NCBI GenBank assembly: GCA_031266455.1
Contig: JAISBA010000012.1
Location: 1,151-65,150 of the forward strand
Length of the DNA stretch: 64,000 nt
Direction: 5' to 3'
Source: Puniceicoccales bacterium
Lineage (GTDB): Bacteria; Verrucomicrobiota; Verrucomicrobiia; Opitutales; UBA9783
In this document: piece after piece, positions 1 through 8,958 of the stretch
Layout of the letters: every line of letters starts with the position of its first letter
Position numbering within the stretch: position 1 is the first letter of the stretch
The notes under the pieces: generated by a model
What the model was told of the DNA's origin: nothing
The model's input: the letters and a program-made list of their open reading frames with translations, nothing else
The model's database searches: none
Translations under genes and position numbers: made by a program

Positions 1-416
1 GCCAATTGACGCGCGAAGCCGTACGTGCCATGTACGGGCTTGCAGCGACGGAAACCATTCGGGCTTTAGCTTCTTACATCGAACAGGGAAAATATTCCGA
101 AATTCTCGGCGTTGTGGATGATATCATAAAAAATGGATGCGACTCCTACAGAGTTCTCAAAGATCTTCAAAATTGTTTTCACGAGCGTTTTATACACGTT
201 GTTCAACAAAACGAACCCTCTATTTCTCCATTCGTATATACAAAAATCCTAGAAATACTGAAAACAGGGGAAGAAGCCATTCAAAAAGGATTATCCATAC
301 GTAATCACTTGGAAAGTATCCTGTTCAAAGCGGTTGAGTGCATCAAATTAACGTCCGTAGAAAAACTCCTTAAAATCTTAAACGACGCCAAAGAGGTAAA
401 AAAAAACTTTCCGTAA
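1..416 (+). CDS. dnaX: DNA polymerase III subunit gamma/tau, C-terminal part (5' end outside window)
   Basis: Frame is open from the window edge. The helical pattern VRAMYGL..IRAL..I..G..SEILGVVDDII.NG.D...VLKDL fits the remembered DnaX domain III. Stop TAA at 414-416 lies three codons after an A9 run. Confidence 0.7.
   Translation, partial: QLTREAVRAMYGLAATETIRALASYIEQGKYSEILGVVDDIIKNGCDSYRVLKDLQNCFHERFIHVVQQNEPSISPFVYTKILEILKTGEEAIQKGLSIRNHLESILFKAVECIKLTSVEKLLKILNDAKEVKKNFP
398..406 (+). other. A9 homopolymer; heptamer A_AAA_AAA (398-404) in X_XXY_YYZ phase with dnaX. Candidate recoding site or homopolymer length error.
   Basis: Zero-frame codons are 399-401 AAA and 402-404 AAA. GAGG at 393-396 sits directly upstream. 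The -1 frame is open from 374 through the run to 784. Confidence 0.4.
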
Positions 417-448
417 CCACGCATCCATTCGTAGATTATACCGCTTCT

Positions 449-784
449 ATGGAATGTATTGCGGATGAAAAAGAAATTCTTTTTCAAAAAATAGAAAAAC
501 CTGACAACAGCCTTGATGGAATAAGCGATAAAAATGCGCCATCGGATGTCTATGCCCCGCTGGAAACCGATCCAGAGCCCGTATGCAATTTGGATGACTT
601 CCCAACATCTGTCCCCAACAAAGCAACCACAATCTTGACCCCGCCACCCAATTTCAAGGATGTACGCGACGCATTGCCAAAAAATGTGCAGAATCAATTC
701 TCGGAATTACTGCACGGAAAAATCGTCGGTATTTGGCCCATAAGGTCGAATTATTTCATAAAAAATAAGCATGCAAATGATTAA
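449..784 (+). CDS. ORF in the -1 frame relative to dnaX: possible tau-type C-terminal extension of DnaX, or a separate small Pro/Asp-rich protein
   Basis: 111-codon ATG ORF whose frame is stop-free back to 374, overlapping the dnaX end. Its C-terminal FSELLHGKIVGIW resembles the F-G-x-I/L-V tail I recall at many DnaX C-termini (memory only). Confidence 0.4.
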   Translation: MECIADEKEILFQKIEKPDNSLDGISDKNAPSDVYAPLETDPEPVCNLDDFPTSVPNKATTILTPPPNFKDVRDALPKNVQNQFSELLHGKIVGIWPIRSNYFIKNKHAND

Positions 785-822
785 CTTGCCAAAATAGGGC
801 AAAAATTTTTAAACTTAGACGT

Positions 823-1125
823 ATGCCATGGTATTTGTATCGCGTGTTGTTACCTAATCGAGCGCAGGAGGATTGTCCGATTGTCGAAATGTATCACGGA
901 TGCAATGAATGCGTTACCCTAGATCCACACTCGGGACATCCCCTGGAACGCGTTTATACGGCCCCTAATTTGAGCAAAGGCTACTCGGAGTCACACACGA
1001 AAAAATTGTTATCCAACGCCAATCTTGCAAGAAAAGGGTTTACAAAATACGTTCGTGACAAATCTTCAGGATGTTACGTGAAGTCGGTTGGACAACAGGG
1101 ACCCAACTTGTTTAAGATCAAATAA
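823..1125 (+). CDS. Hypothetical protein, FmdB-like zinc-ribbon layout with a degenerate first knuckle
   Basis: 100-aa ORF starting MPWYLYR, with GCNEC and RVYTAPNLSKG. This resembles the MPxYEYxCxxCG...CPxCG...APxxxxKG layout, but the first CxxC is missing. Confidence 0.35.
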   Translation: MPWYLYRVLLPNRAQEDCPIVEMYHGCNECVTLDPHSGHPLERVYTAPNLSKGYSESHTKKLLSNANLARKGFTKYVRDKSSGCYVKSVGQQGPNLFKIK

Positions 1126-1374
1126 ATTAACCCTAAGCCAAGCCTTGCCCCAAACATTCATCCCTCATTTTAATTTTCTGCTCCCTTGGTTTCCGGTTGT
1201 CGATGGATGAATCCTCTTTTAAATGCAAAATTTTAGAAATGACATAAACATCACGCAAACATCAGGTATGCTTCAAAATTGGTAAATACACCCTGCAGGT
1301 ACGAATTACCCACATTCAAGAAATCAGCCTCCCCAACCGTCCTACCTTTTTGAAAAAAATGCAAATACCTCAAT

Positions 1375-1749
1375 CTAAATGTGCAAAGAATCCGTCTTGT
1401 CCTTCTGCACATATCCCACATCTTGGCGGTGATGATTAACTTCATTTTTTTTAAGATAGGCATTAAATAAATCCTCCGCGCTCATTCCCAGCACCTGGGC
1501 AAGACAAATAACAAAATGAACGATGTCCACCAATTCAACCCGCGCATTTTGAATGTCCATTTTTTGATAATGCGCCCACCACTTCCAGGGGACACAATCC
1601 ACAAGCTCCGATATCTCTTGTTGCAAAGCTCGTGCGTAATTGAGGATCCATTCGGCAGTTTCTTTTTGATGTAAACGGTCAACATCTTTACCTAAAATGC
1701 GAACGTTTAATTCGCGTTGCATCTCAAATATCTTTTCTAGTTTATCCAT
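1375..1749 (-). CDS. All-alpha NTP pyrophosphohydrolase, dimeric dUTPase (dUTPase_2)/MazG-like
   Basis: WKWW, ELVDIVHFVICLAQVLGMS and YLKKNEVNHHRQDVGY match the remembered dimeric dUTPase family signature. Confidence 0.55.
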   Translation of the reverse strand: MDKLEKIFEMQRELNVRILGKDVDRLHQKETAEWILNYARALQQEISELVDCVPWKWWAHYQKMDIQNARVELVDIVHFVICLAQVLGMSAEDLFNAYLKKNEVNHHRQDVGYVQKDKTDSLHI

Positions 1750-1761
1750 AACCGATGAAAT

Positions 1762-1836
1762 TGGTAGGCCGGCAGGGGCTCGAACCCTGAACCAATGGCT
1801 TAAAAGGCCACTGCTCTACCATTGAGCTACCGACCC
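1762..1836 (-). tRNA. tRNA-Lys (anticodon UUU)
   Basis: Reverse complement GGGTCGGTAGCTCAATGGTAGAGC...CTTTTAA loop...GGTTCGAGCCCCTGCCGGCCTACCA. The cloverleaf folds by hand and CCA is encoded. Confidence 0.9.
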
Positions 1837-1871
1837 AAGTATTAAGCATTCACAGTTACACGACTATTTTG

Positions 1872-2954
1872 CTAAAGTGTCAATTTTTTTTGAGGGTTTT
1901 TTAAACGCGCAAACGTCTTCCGAGCAAGATTTTCCATAATAAGATACGTATTTTTTGGCGCTTTTAAAAGTTGATCAAATACCTCCACAAAATCCATCTG
2001 CAATTGCAATAAAATCTCGTAGGGAAAGTGCGTTTTTAAACGACTCACATACCACGGATTTTGCGAAAACAAACAAAATGAATTCTTCGCCCCTATGGGA
2101 CTAAAAAACTCCCGAAATCTTGGCTCCACGGACACCAAAGATTGTTTATCGCAACTGGTCACGGCATGTTTTTGCTGCAAATAAGCTATTTGCAGTAAAA
2201 GGCGATTTCTATTTTGTAACGCGCTTAAAACACTACGTACCTCCTTGTGGAGAAGACAATGATTACCCAAACTTTGCAGATATCGTTTGAAATCTCCCGC
2301 ATAAAAAGCTTCCACAGGTTCAAAGAACTCATCGTTGGGTACCGTAGGGGTATTGCCTAAAACGCAATCCCGAGTAATTGTTCCCCGAAAATTATTGAAA
2401 CAGGCCAATTTTTCAAATTCGTTCGACATCATTCGCGGATGACCATTTAATTTTTGAATAAATGCTTCGGTTGCATCGGGATCCATCGTCACGGCATACT
2501 GCCTTGATAGTGTTTCTATCAGCGCACGCAAGCGAGATCCTTGCTCGGCCTCTTCCAATTCGGTACAGGCAGCCAACGATTGAATTATCTTAAACAACTT
2601 CGTACGTTTATCGACCGTCGAAGCGGAAATAAAAAAGTACGTCTCAGAGGGCAGTTGTTTTAAAAAATGAAGCCATTTGTCAACCGCATCTTGCCCCGCT
2701 TCCGTAATCGCCGGACTTGTACTGGCAAATAAGTTTGTGTTGCGCAACCAAACGCACTTGCGGGGTTCAAAAAAATCTACCGTACGCAGACTTTCCACAA
2801 TAGCTTCAAAAACACGCTTCAGATCCGAAACGGTGTTCATTTGACCATCGATGCCTTCTAAAGATGTATCGGTAAGCGTTTCAATCACTGCCTTTGCCTT
2901 GAGTTCAACAAAAAACTCATCGAAACCAAAAATAAATTGAAAAAAGGGCTCCAT
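1872..2954 (-). CDS. holA: DNA polymerase III subunit delta
   Basis: 360 aa with a HolA-like layout: FGFDEFFV near the N-terminus, FFEPRKCVWLRN, a PSETYFFISAS..DKRTKLFK block, and MSNEFEKLACF. It starts 2 nt after the lpxK stop. Confidence 0.65.
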   Translation of the reverse strand: MEPFFQFIFGFDEFFVELKAKAVIETLTDTSLEGIDGQMNTVSDLKRVFEAIVESLRTVDFFEPRKCVWLRNTNLFASTSPAITEAGQDAVDKWLHFLKQLPSETYFFISASTVDKRTKLFKIIQSLAACTELEEAEQGSRLRALIETLSRQYAVTMDPDATEAFIQKLNGHPRMMSNEFEKLACFNNFRGTITRDCVLGNTPTVPNDEFFEPVEAFYAGDFKRYLQSLGNHCLLHKEVRSVLSALQNRNRLLLQIAYLQQKHAVTSCDKQSLVSVEPRFREFFSPIGAKNSFCLFSQNPWYVSRLKTHFPYEILLQLQMDFVEVFDQLLKAPKNTYLIMENLARKTFARLKNPQKKLTL

Positions 2955-2956
2955 GA

Positions 2957-4159
2957 TTAACCTATTTTCCGGGTTCGATCGTAAGTTAATTTTTCCAATA
3001 CCTGTTCGAAAACGTGATCCACGTCACACCATTCAATTTCCATGCGAAGAAAATAAAAAGGCAAAGCGGGCTTAAAATTTTCTTCAATACGTACGGCATC
3101 CTTTTCAGTTGTCACTACCCATTGAGCTCCCGCAAGTCGCGCGCTATGAAAAAATTGATCCAGTTCTTCTTCGGTAAAGCGATGGTGATCGATGAAATGT
3201 TTAATATACACCAATTGAGCCTCTTCATTTTTCAAAAATCGCTCAAAACTTTCCGGCGAAGCAATACCACCTAAGACGGCCACTTTAACCCCTCTTAACA
3301 TTTTCAAATCAAGTCTTTCGAACTTATCAATACGTTGCAAGTATTTCGGGCAATGAATACAAGGCAATAACTTGGCGCGCTTATTGTAACGGCGAATAAA
3401 TCGCTCCAGTACACGTAATCGTTCCGGGGCTACCTGATCACTTTTAGTTAAAAAAATAAAATGCGCACGTTTCATATGCGACAAGGGTTCCCTTAAAATC
3501 CCACGCGGCAACAGAGCTCCATTGCCAAACGGATTGGTAGCGTCCACCAGCAGCAAATAAAAACTTCCCTTGAGCTGCAAATATTGAAAGCCGTCATCCA
3601 AAACCAACACATCCGCATTAAAATGCCGAATGGCGTACTGTCCTGCCTTAACGCGATCTTTGTCCACAATGACCGGAATATTAGGTAAGTTGCGTGCCAA
3701 CAAGACAGGCTCGTCGCCTGAAATTTCCGACGATATCAAACAACGCACACCATCGCTTACGACTTTAGGTGGCGGCGGAAGCGAATGGGTTAACCAGCGT
3801 ATCCAACCCTTCCAACACCTTTCTTTTTTACCCTTGTATCCACGACTCAAAACGGCCACTTTACGTCCATTTTGACTTAGGTAACGCGCTGTCCTTTCAA
3901 CAACCGGTGTCTTGCCCGTTCCTCCTACAGTCAAATTACCCACAACAATCACCGTGCAACCCAAGTGTTGGGCATGCAACCACCGTTTTTTATACGCACG
4001 CGTCCTCAGTTTAACGATCCATAGAAAAAGAAATGAAAAGGTACGTAAAATAAATGCCCAATAGCGGGCCTTCTTATCGTGTCGCTTGTTATAAATAACA
4101 TCGACGATGAAACTTTCACACAACTTTAACTTCTGATGCCAACACTTAAAATAGTGCAT
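2957..4159 (-). CDS. lpxK: Tetraacyldisaccharide 4'-kinase
   Basis: VIVVGNLTVGGTGKTPVVE P-loop and the VLSRGYKGK motif are characteristic of LpxK. Confidence 0.9.
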   Translation of the reverse strand: MHYFKCWHQKLKLCESFIVDVIYNKRHDKKARYWAFILRTFSFLFLWIVKLRTRAYKKRWLHAQHLGCTVIVVGNLTVGGTGKTPVVERTARYLSQNGRKVAVLSRGYKGKKERCWKGWIRWLTHSLPPPPKVVSDGVRCLISSEISGDEPVLLARNLPNIPVIVDKDRVKAGQYAIRHFNADVLVLDDGFQYLQLKGSFYLLLVDATNPFGNGALLPRGILREPLSHMKRAHFIFLTKSDQVAPERLRVLERFIRRYNKRAKLLPCIHCPKYLQRIDKFERLDLKMLRGVKVAVLGGIASPESFERFLKNEEAQLVYIKHFIDHHRFTEEELDQFFHSARLAGAQWVVTTEKDAVRIEENFKPALPFYFLRMEIEWCDVDHVFEQVLEKLTYDRTRKIG

Positions 4160-4176
4160 ACAAAGTTAATCCAGCA

Positions 4177-4740
4177 CTACTTCAACGGATATATTACCAA
4201 ATCACAGCGACGATCTTTCCAGGAATCGACTTTGCTCAATCCTTGGGTTGCATGTATGCTCCCCAGCGATAGAATTTCAACGTTTCTCTCCGCAACGCCA
4301 TTGTTCGCCAAAAAACACTCAACACTGTTTGCTCTTTTTTCTCCCAAACGTAGATTGTATGCGTCCGTACCGCGCCAGTCACAATGTCCAACAATCAATA
4401 ATGTCGATCGTGGATTATGCTTCAAATGCTCAACGATGGCGCACAGCAAATCTTGATTTTTTTCAGATAATCTAAAGTTGTCAAAATCGAAATAAATGGC
4501 CAGTGCCACATCTTGCTCGTTGTACAACTGACCATAAGCTTTATCCTCCGACCTTTCAAATGGGTAACAACGTTCATCCAATTCTTCAAAATTCTCATCA
4601 TCTTGCAAAAATTTCTTACTTTCCGGACGTATAGGTTGCTTTACCTGGGTATCGGAAGGCTGAGGATCTGGAAAATGTTTCGAACGATTGAAACAACCCG
4701 TTAAGCAAATACAAAAAATTACTCCATAAACTCTTTTCAT
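4177..4740 (-). CDS. pal: Peptidoglycan-associated lipoprotein (OmpA-family)
   Basis: Lipobox LTGC in the signal peptide. C-terminal OmpA-like domain: IYFDFDNFRL...LIVGHCDWRGTDAYNLRLGEKRANSV. Confidence 0.8.
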   Translation of the reverse strand: MKRVYGVIFCICLTGCFNRSKHFPDPQPSDTQVKQPIRPESKKFLQDDENFEELDERCYPFERSEDKAYGQLYNEQDVALAIYFDFDNFRLSEKNQDLLCAIVEHLKHNPRSTLLIVGHCDWRGTDAYNLRLGEKRANSVECFLANNGVAERNVEILSLGSIHATQGLSKVDSWKDRRCDLVIYPLK

Positions 4741-4821
4741 AAGCTTCTTCTACTTGAATGTAAATCGACAAAAATGTTTTGCAAGAATTATGTGCAACAA
4801 GTGTCAAAATTTTGACCTGCC

Positions 4822-4849
4822 AAAGAAAGGCCTTGGCTAAACCAAGGCC
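4822..4849 (-). terminator. Rho-independent terminator downstream of rpsT
   Basis: Perfect 8-bp GC-rich stem GGCCTTGG/CCAAGGCC (4829-4836 and 4842-4849) with a 5-nt loop, followed on the minus strand by TTTCTTT. Confidence 0.65.
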
Positions 4850-4870
4850 CTAGATAGGATGGGAGAAATT

Positions 4871-5194
4871 TTATTCTACTGAGGCACCCTGCTCAACTGG
4901 TTTTTCTTCAGGAACTACCGGGGGTTCTTCAGGAATACTTATAAAAATATGTTTTGCCAAACGACTTTTTAAACGATTTACCTTATTGGGGTGGATAACC
5001 TTACGTTTGGCAGCTTTATCCAAAGCAGACATGTATTCCATGACGATTGACTTTATCGCATCTTTATCGTTCACAGGCTCTAGAGCCCGCAATTTTTTAG
5101 AAAATGTCTTTAGACGACCTCTTTCGGCCTTATTTTTTGCAGCCAATTTTGCCGTTTGCCGGATCGACTTTTGGGATGATTTTATGTTCGCCAT
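4871..5194 (-). CDS. rpsT: 30S ribosomal protein S20 (with Pro/Glu-rich C-terminal tail)
   Basis: MANIKSSQKSIRQTAK..NKAERGRLKT is a typical S20 N-terminus. Confidence 0.9.
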   Translation of the reverse strand: MANIKSSQKSIRQTAKLAAKNKAERGRLKTFSKKLRALEPVNDKDAIKSIVMEYMSALDKAAKRKVIHPNKVNRLKSRLAKHIFISIPEEPPVVPEEKPVEQGASVE

Positions 5195-5523
5195 ACGCTT
5201 TTTTAAATCTTCTTTCCAATAAAGAAAAAATCAATTCGCACCGATGTCAAGTTATATATTTACGAATAAAATGAATAGCCTACCCCCTGCCAATCATCAT
5301 GAAGCTGTACAAAATATCACTTTACACATTTGATAAAAATTTTCTTTCGAAAAATGCCATCATGGCCCTAAATATTTAACCGTATCTCAAAACATGACCT
5401 TCCTTGTTAGCGTTACGCGATTACACAATCCACCAACAAGGGTCTCAGATTGCATCCCCCGATTGCGCTATTTCCTTTTCTATTGCTACAATAGTGCTCC
5501 CTTAGCTATGGCGAAAAATCTAT

Positions 5524-5808
5524 TTATACATCCTCTTTAAATCCACTTTTGAATAACCTTTGCAAATTTGCCCACAAAGCTTTACAATCTGCTTTTGGGC
5601 CCTCTAAATATGCGTCTATCAACGCCTGACGACCCGCTGCTAAGATCATCATATCTATAATACTACCACCATCGGCTGTCTGCTGATTGTACGCAAACGT
5701 AACAGATACGTCGGGATATTCTTTCACTATACGTACAATTTTGGCGCAAGGTCTTGCGTGCAGACCTATTTCATTGGTTACTAGTAGTTGTCCTCGTATT
5801 GCGTACAT
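5524..5808 (-). CDS. ptsH: HPr-family phosphocarrier protein
   Basis: The GLHARP active-site His motif and a GGSIIDMM Ser46-like region are both present. 94 aa. Confidence 0.8.
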   Translation of the reverse strand: MYAIRGQLLVTNEIGLHARPCAKIVRIVKEYPDVSVTFAYNQQTADGGSIIDMMILAAGRQALIDAYLEGPKADCKALWANLQRLFKSGFKEDV

Positions 5809-5903
5809 TACAAAATTTTATATAACAGGAAATAAAAAATTTTGACAATACAATCTTTTCATTTGCCTTGTTTTGCAAAAAATATTGAGATACAATAGAA
5901 AAA

Positions 5904-6677
5904 ATGAGAATAGCGCGGTGCAGTCTACTTATTTTATTATCGGGGTGCATCTACGCAAAAAATCAAATACCCCATGCGGTATTTGAAGGGGGTATACATT
6001 TTAAATCCGAAGATATTCAACGCGGTTCTTTGAAAGCAAAACGCGGCATAGAACCGCATATGATGTTGCTTGTGAAAAACGAAAAACGAGGATTTTACGT
6101 CGAGACAAAAGCTTTTTTACCCACTCAATGCAAAAATTTATTCGGCGATCGATGGATGCTTGGGGCAGGATACTTACAAAAATTGACAGACTTTTTTACG
6201 TGGGATTTGGGAGCTCAGTACAATTTTTTATACAGAATACCTAAAGACCAATTGGGGCATTGGCGTGAATTGTACACCGGCATCAAAACAGATCTACTGC
6301 TGGCGCCTAGTTTTTATATATACCACGATTTTGAAAGAAGACAGTGGTGCTGGGAAATAAAATTTAATTACGATTTTGATTTGGAAGTTTTTGGTTGGAA
6401 ACATTGGACCTTGGAAACCATTTGCACCTACGGCTATTTGAAGTACAAAAAGCCCTTCGGAGGTGTGCGATCGAACGTATGGGAACGCAAAGACCATTAC
6501 TGGTATACCGAATTGAGCCTCTTTTTAACCTATCATTTTAACGATTACTGCTGCGCAAAAATAGGTCCACAATTTTCCTACAATCGAGATGGTACAAACC
6601 CTTACTCTTCCGCCAATGAAGCCACACACCACTCCCATTTATGTTCCCTAAATGCAGGCTTATCGTATTACTTTTAA
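5904..6677 (+). CDS. Putative outer-membrane beta-barrel protein (TorF/Gcw_chp-like)
   Basis: N-terminal signal with LLSGC, alternating aromatic-rich strands, and a C-terminal ...GLSYYF typical of OMP termini. Family assignment is tentative. Confidence 0.4.
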   Translation: MRIARCSLLILLSGCIYAKNQIPHAVFEGGIHFKSEDIQRGSLKAKRGIEPHMMLLVKNEKRGFYVETKAFLPTQCKNLFGDRWMLGAGYLQKLTDFFTWDLGAQYNFLYRIPKDQLGHWRELYTGIKTDLLLAPSFYIYHDFERRQWCWEIKFNYDFDLEVFGWKHWTLETICTYGYLKYKKPFGGVRSNVWERKDHYWYTELSLFLTYHFNDYCCAKIGPQFSYNRDGTNPYSSANEATHHSHLCSLNAGLSYYF

Positions 6678-6723
6678 AGTTTCATGCTTTAAACTTATTA
6701 AAAAGCCTAGATTAGGTGGAATC

Positions 6724-8922
6724 TCACGCCTCTATGGGACAAAAGCTTAACGGCAAACGCGATAATGTTTCCGGTAATTCTACACTGATGATGCCGCTCA
6801 ATTGCGTTTCTTTAAGCCAACGAGAAATGTTGTCCACTTTTGAACACAGAATGTCCATCGTTTGCATTTGATCTTGTATCGGATTGACAACCATCAGTGC
6901 AACGTTGGAAATTCCTAGCTTGTTTAGTTGTTGACCGTACAGAAATAGTTGAAATCCCTTACCTTGATCGATTTGGTGAGGTGTAAAATTAAAATGCGGC
7001 GATGTTTTGTAGTCAACAACGGTCACATGTGTGGCGGTTGTGAGAGAGGTTCCTTTAAATGCTAGCAAGTCGACGCGGCCCAACAATCCATCGTCCAATT
7101 GAGGTAAATCCCATTCGGAGTACATATGCCAAGATGCGCTGAAAAACTTTTCACAAGCTGCCGACAATTTTTCGCACAAAGCCGTAAGTTGCGCTATCCA
7201 TTGTTGTATAAAGTAGGGCAACGGTTGTCCGTTGCACGCATACAATTCTTGTAGCGATAACAGCTGTTTATGAATGTTGTCATGAATGCGTTGCATCCAA
7301 TCGTTGAAATCTGCAGGCGTTTTAGAAAATTGTAAACACTGGTGTGTCCATTCTCCCAACACTTTTTGCTTGTCGCAAATCGTTTGAAAGTCGGTCCATG
7401 CACCGATTTTCAAAATGTTTTCCAGCCACGTCTGCCACGGAGCAAGTTTAAATCGTTCCCACCCTTTGCAGGATAACTGGATCGATGCCGGATGCAGCTT
7501 TAAACAAGTTCTCGATCGGTATTGAATCTCTTTTTGCGCGCTACCCACGACATTCTTGGGGATGGTTAACTTATCCGTAGCCTGCCATAAGGGTATACCT
7601 TTAACGGCATTCATTTGTTCGGCGTAGGTTGCAATGACGTTGCATCCCATTTTTTCCCAGTGAAGGACGATGTCGTTGAGGTTTTTTTGAAGCTTGTTCC
7701 ACACGTCCTGGCAAGCGCAAGGGATAAAGTACCGACCGTAAGGGAAACAGCATGCTGCCTCCAAGGATACAAACGCTGCATTGGCATTCTTTTTTTGCGT
7801 CAAAAATGTATGCAAAATGTTAAAAAATTGATCACGGTGAATTTGACTGAGATATGCGGTACATGCCATCGACTCGATTGCCTGGGTTCTTTGCACATGA
7901 CTCCTAAATGCCGGAAGAATTTTTTCCAAAAATTCATCAAAAAGTCCTTGTTTCGGAAGAATAACGTATTGAAATTCTCGTATCCATCCATTTTTATTTT
8001 TGAGCAGGTATGCCTGAAGGATGGAATAATCATGCGTTAAGCAGTGATGTACGGCATCTTGTAAGTCTTGCCGAATACGCTCGTAAAGTGGCTTATCCAG
8101 AAAAAAATGGTTACGCAGGCACGTGACGTATTCGAAAAATGCATCCAACGTCCCCAAACGCATCCATTGGATCCAAGCGGACCACAATGTCGATGACTTA
8201 TCGAGTTCAAAAGCGATTTTTTGAAGTATTTTTTTATTACCCATGCAAATGGCATCTTTATTGGAAAATGTCTGGTTTTGATACCACAAGAGTTCCTGAT
8301 GTAGGGTAGGGAAACCGTAAACTGATTTACGATTTTGAAGGGCCATTTGATCATCTCGAATACGTGTAAACTCTTCGCAATATTGCAGTAAAGAAGTCTG
8401 TACTGGAACAAAATTTATCCACGTAGAATGCGGACAATACCTTTGCAGTATTTTAAAAAAAGCTTCATGCAGTGCTTCCCTAAAGCATCCGTACAAAACG
8501 ATTTCGTCGGAAATAAGCTTTTCCGCTGAAATATTTTTTTGATAAAATATTTGGGGTGTTATCCAGCATTGCTTTGCAAGCCACGTTTCAATTCGTACAC
8601 GTTCATCGTGATCATAAGTTTGCAAAATGGTATCTGCAAGACATCCCGGATCTTCTTCAGTCGGATCTAAATTTTGAGCCAAAAAAGGTAAATATTTTTC
8701 TGGGAAACCACATTCTTGCAGATTTAATTTGCAGCATAATATTTGCAAAAACTCGGTGGGTGTAAAGAAAGCATGCTTCACTTCTTTACCTACAGGTAGG
8801 TATTGTAAAAAAATGCTACGCATTTGTTCTGATGGAAAGATCCACATGCCCTTTTTTTGCAATTTACGTCGGGCAAAATTAAAACCTCTCTCGGGTGATT
8901 CAAACAAAAACACCTTGACCAT
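6724..8922 (-). CDS. PD-(D/E)XK nuclease family protein (AddB-like)
   Basis: C-terminal GRVDLLAF...VTVVDYKTS...FQLFLYG matches the RecB-type nuclease motif. There is a long helicase-like N-terminal region without a clear Walker A. Confidence 0.6.
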   Translation of the reverse strand: MVKVFLFESPERGFNFARRKLQKKGMWIFPSEQMRSIFLQYLPVGKEVKHAFFTPTEFLQILCCKLNLQECGFPEKYLPFLAQNLDPTEEDPGCLADTILQTYDHDERVRIETWLAKQCWITPQIFYQKNISAEKLISDEIVLYGCFREALHEAFFKILQRYCPHSTWINFVPVQTSLLQYCEEFTRIRDDQMALQNRKSVYGFPTLHQELLWYQNQTFSNKDAICMGNKKILQKIAFELDKSSTLWSAWIQWMRLGTLDAFFEYVTCLRNHFFLDKPLYERIRQDLQDAVHHCLTHDYSILQAYLLKNKNGWIREFQYVILPKQGLFDEFLEKILPAFRSHVQRTQAIESMACTAYLSQIHRDQFFNILHTFLTQKKNANAAFVSLEAACCFPYGRYFIPCACQDVWNKLQKNLNDIVLHWEKMGCNVIATYAEQMNAVKGIPLWQATDKLTIPKNVVGSAQKEIQYRSRTCLKLHPASIQLSCKGWERFKLAPWQTWLENILKIGAWTDFQTICDKQKVLGEWTHQCLQFSKTPADFNDWMQRIHDNIHKQLLSLQELYACNGQPLPYFIQQWIAQLTALCEKLSAACEKFFSASWHMYSEWDLPQLDDGLLGRVDLLAFKGTSLTTATHVTVVDYKTSPHFNFTPHQIDQGKGFQLFLYGQQLNKLGISNVALMVVNPIQDQMQTMDILCSKVDNISRWLKETQLSGIISVELPETLSRLPLSFCPIEA

Positions 8923-8958
8923 CAGTTTGTTATAAATTTAATTTTATGCATTGGTTTT

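Noticed and set aside
305-697. 130-aa minus-strand ORF spanning the dnaX end and the downstream ORF
   Set aside because: It is antisense to two better-supported plus-strand reading frames. It shows no recognisable motifs and has a Trp/Cys/Arg-rich composition typical of shadow frames.
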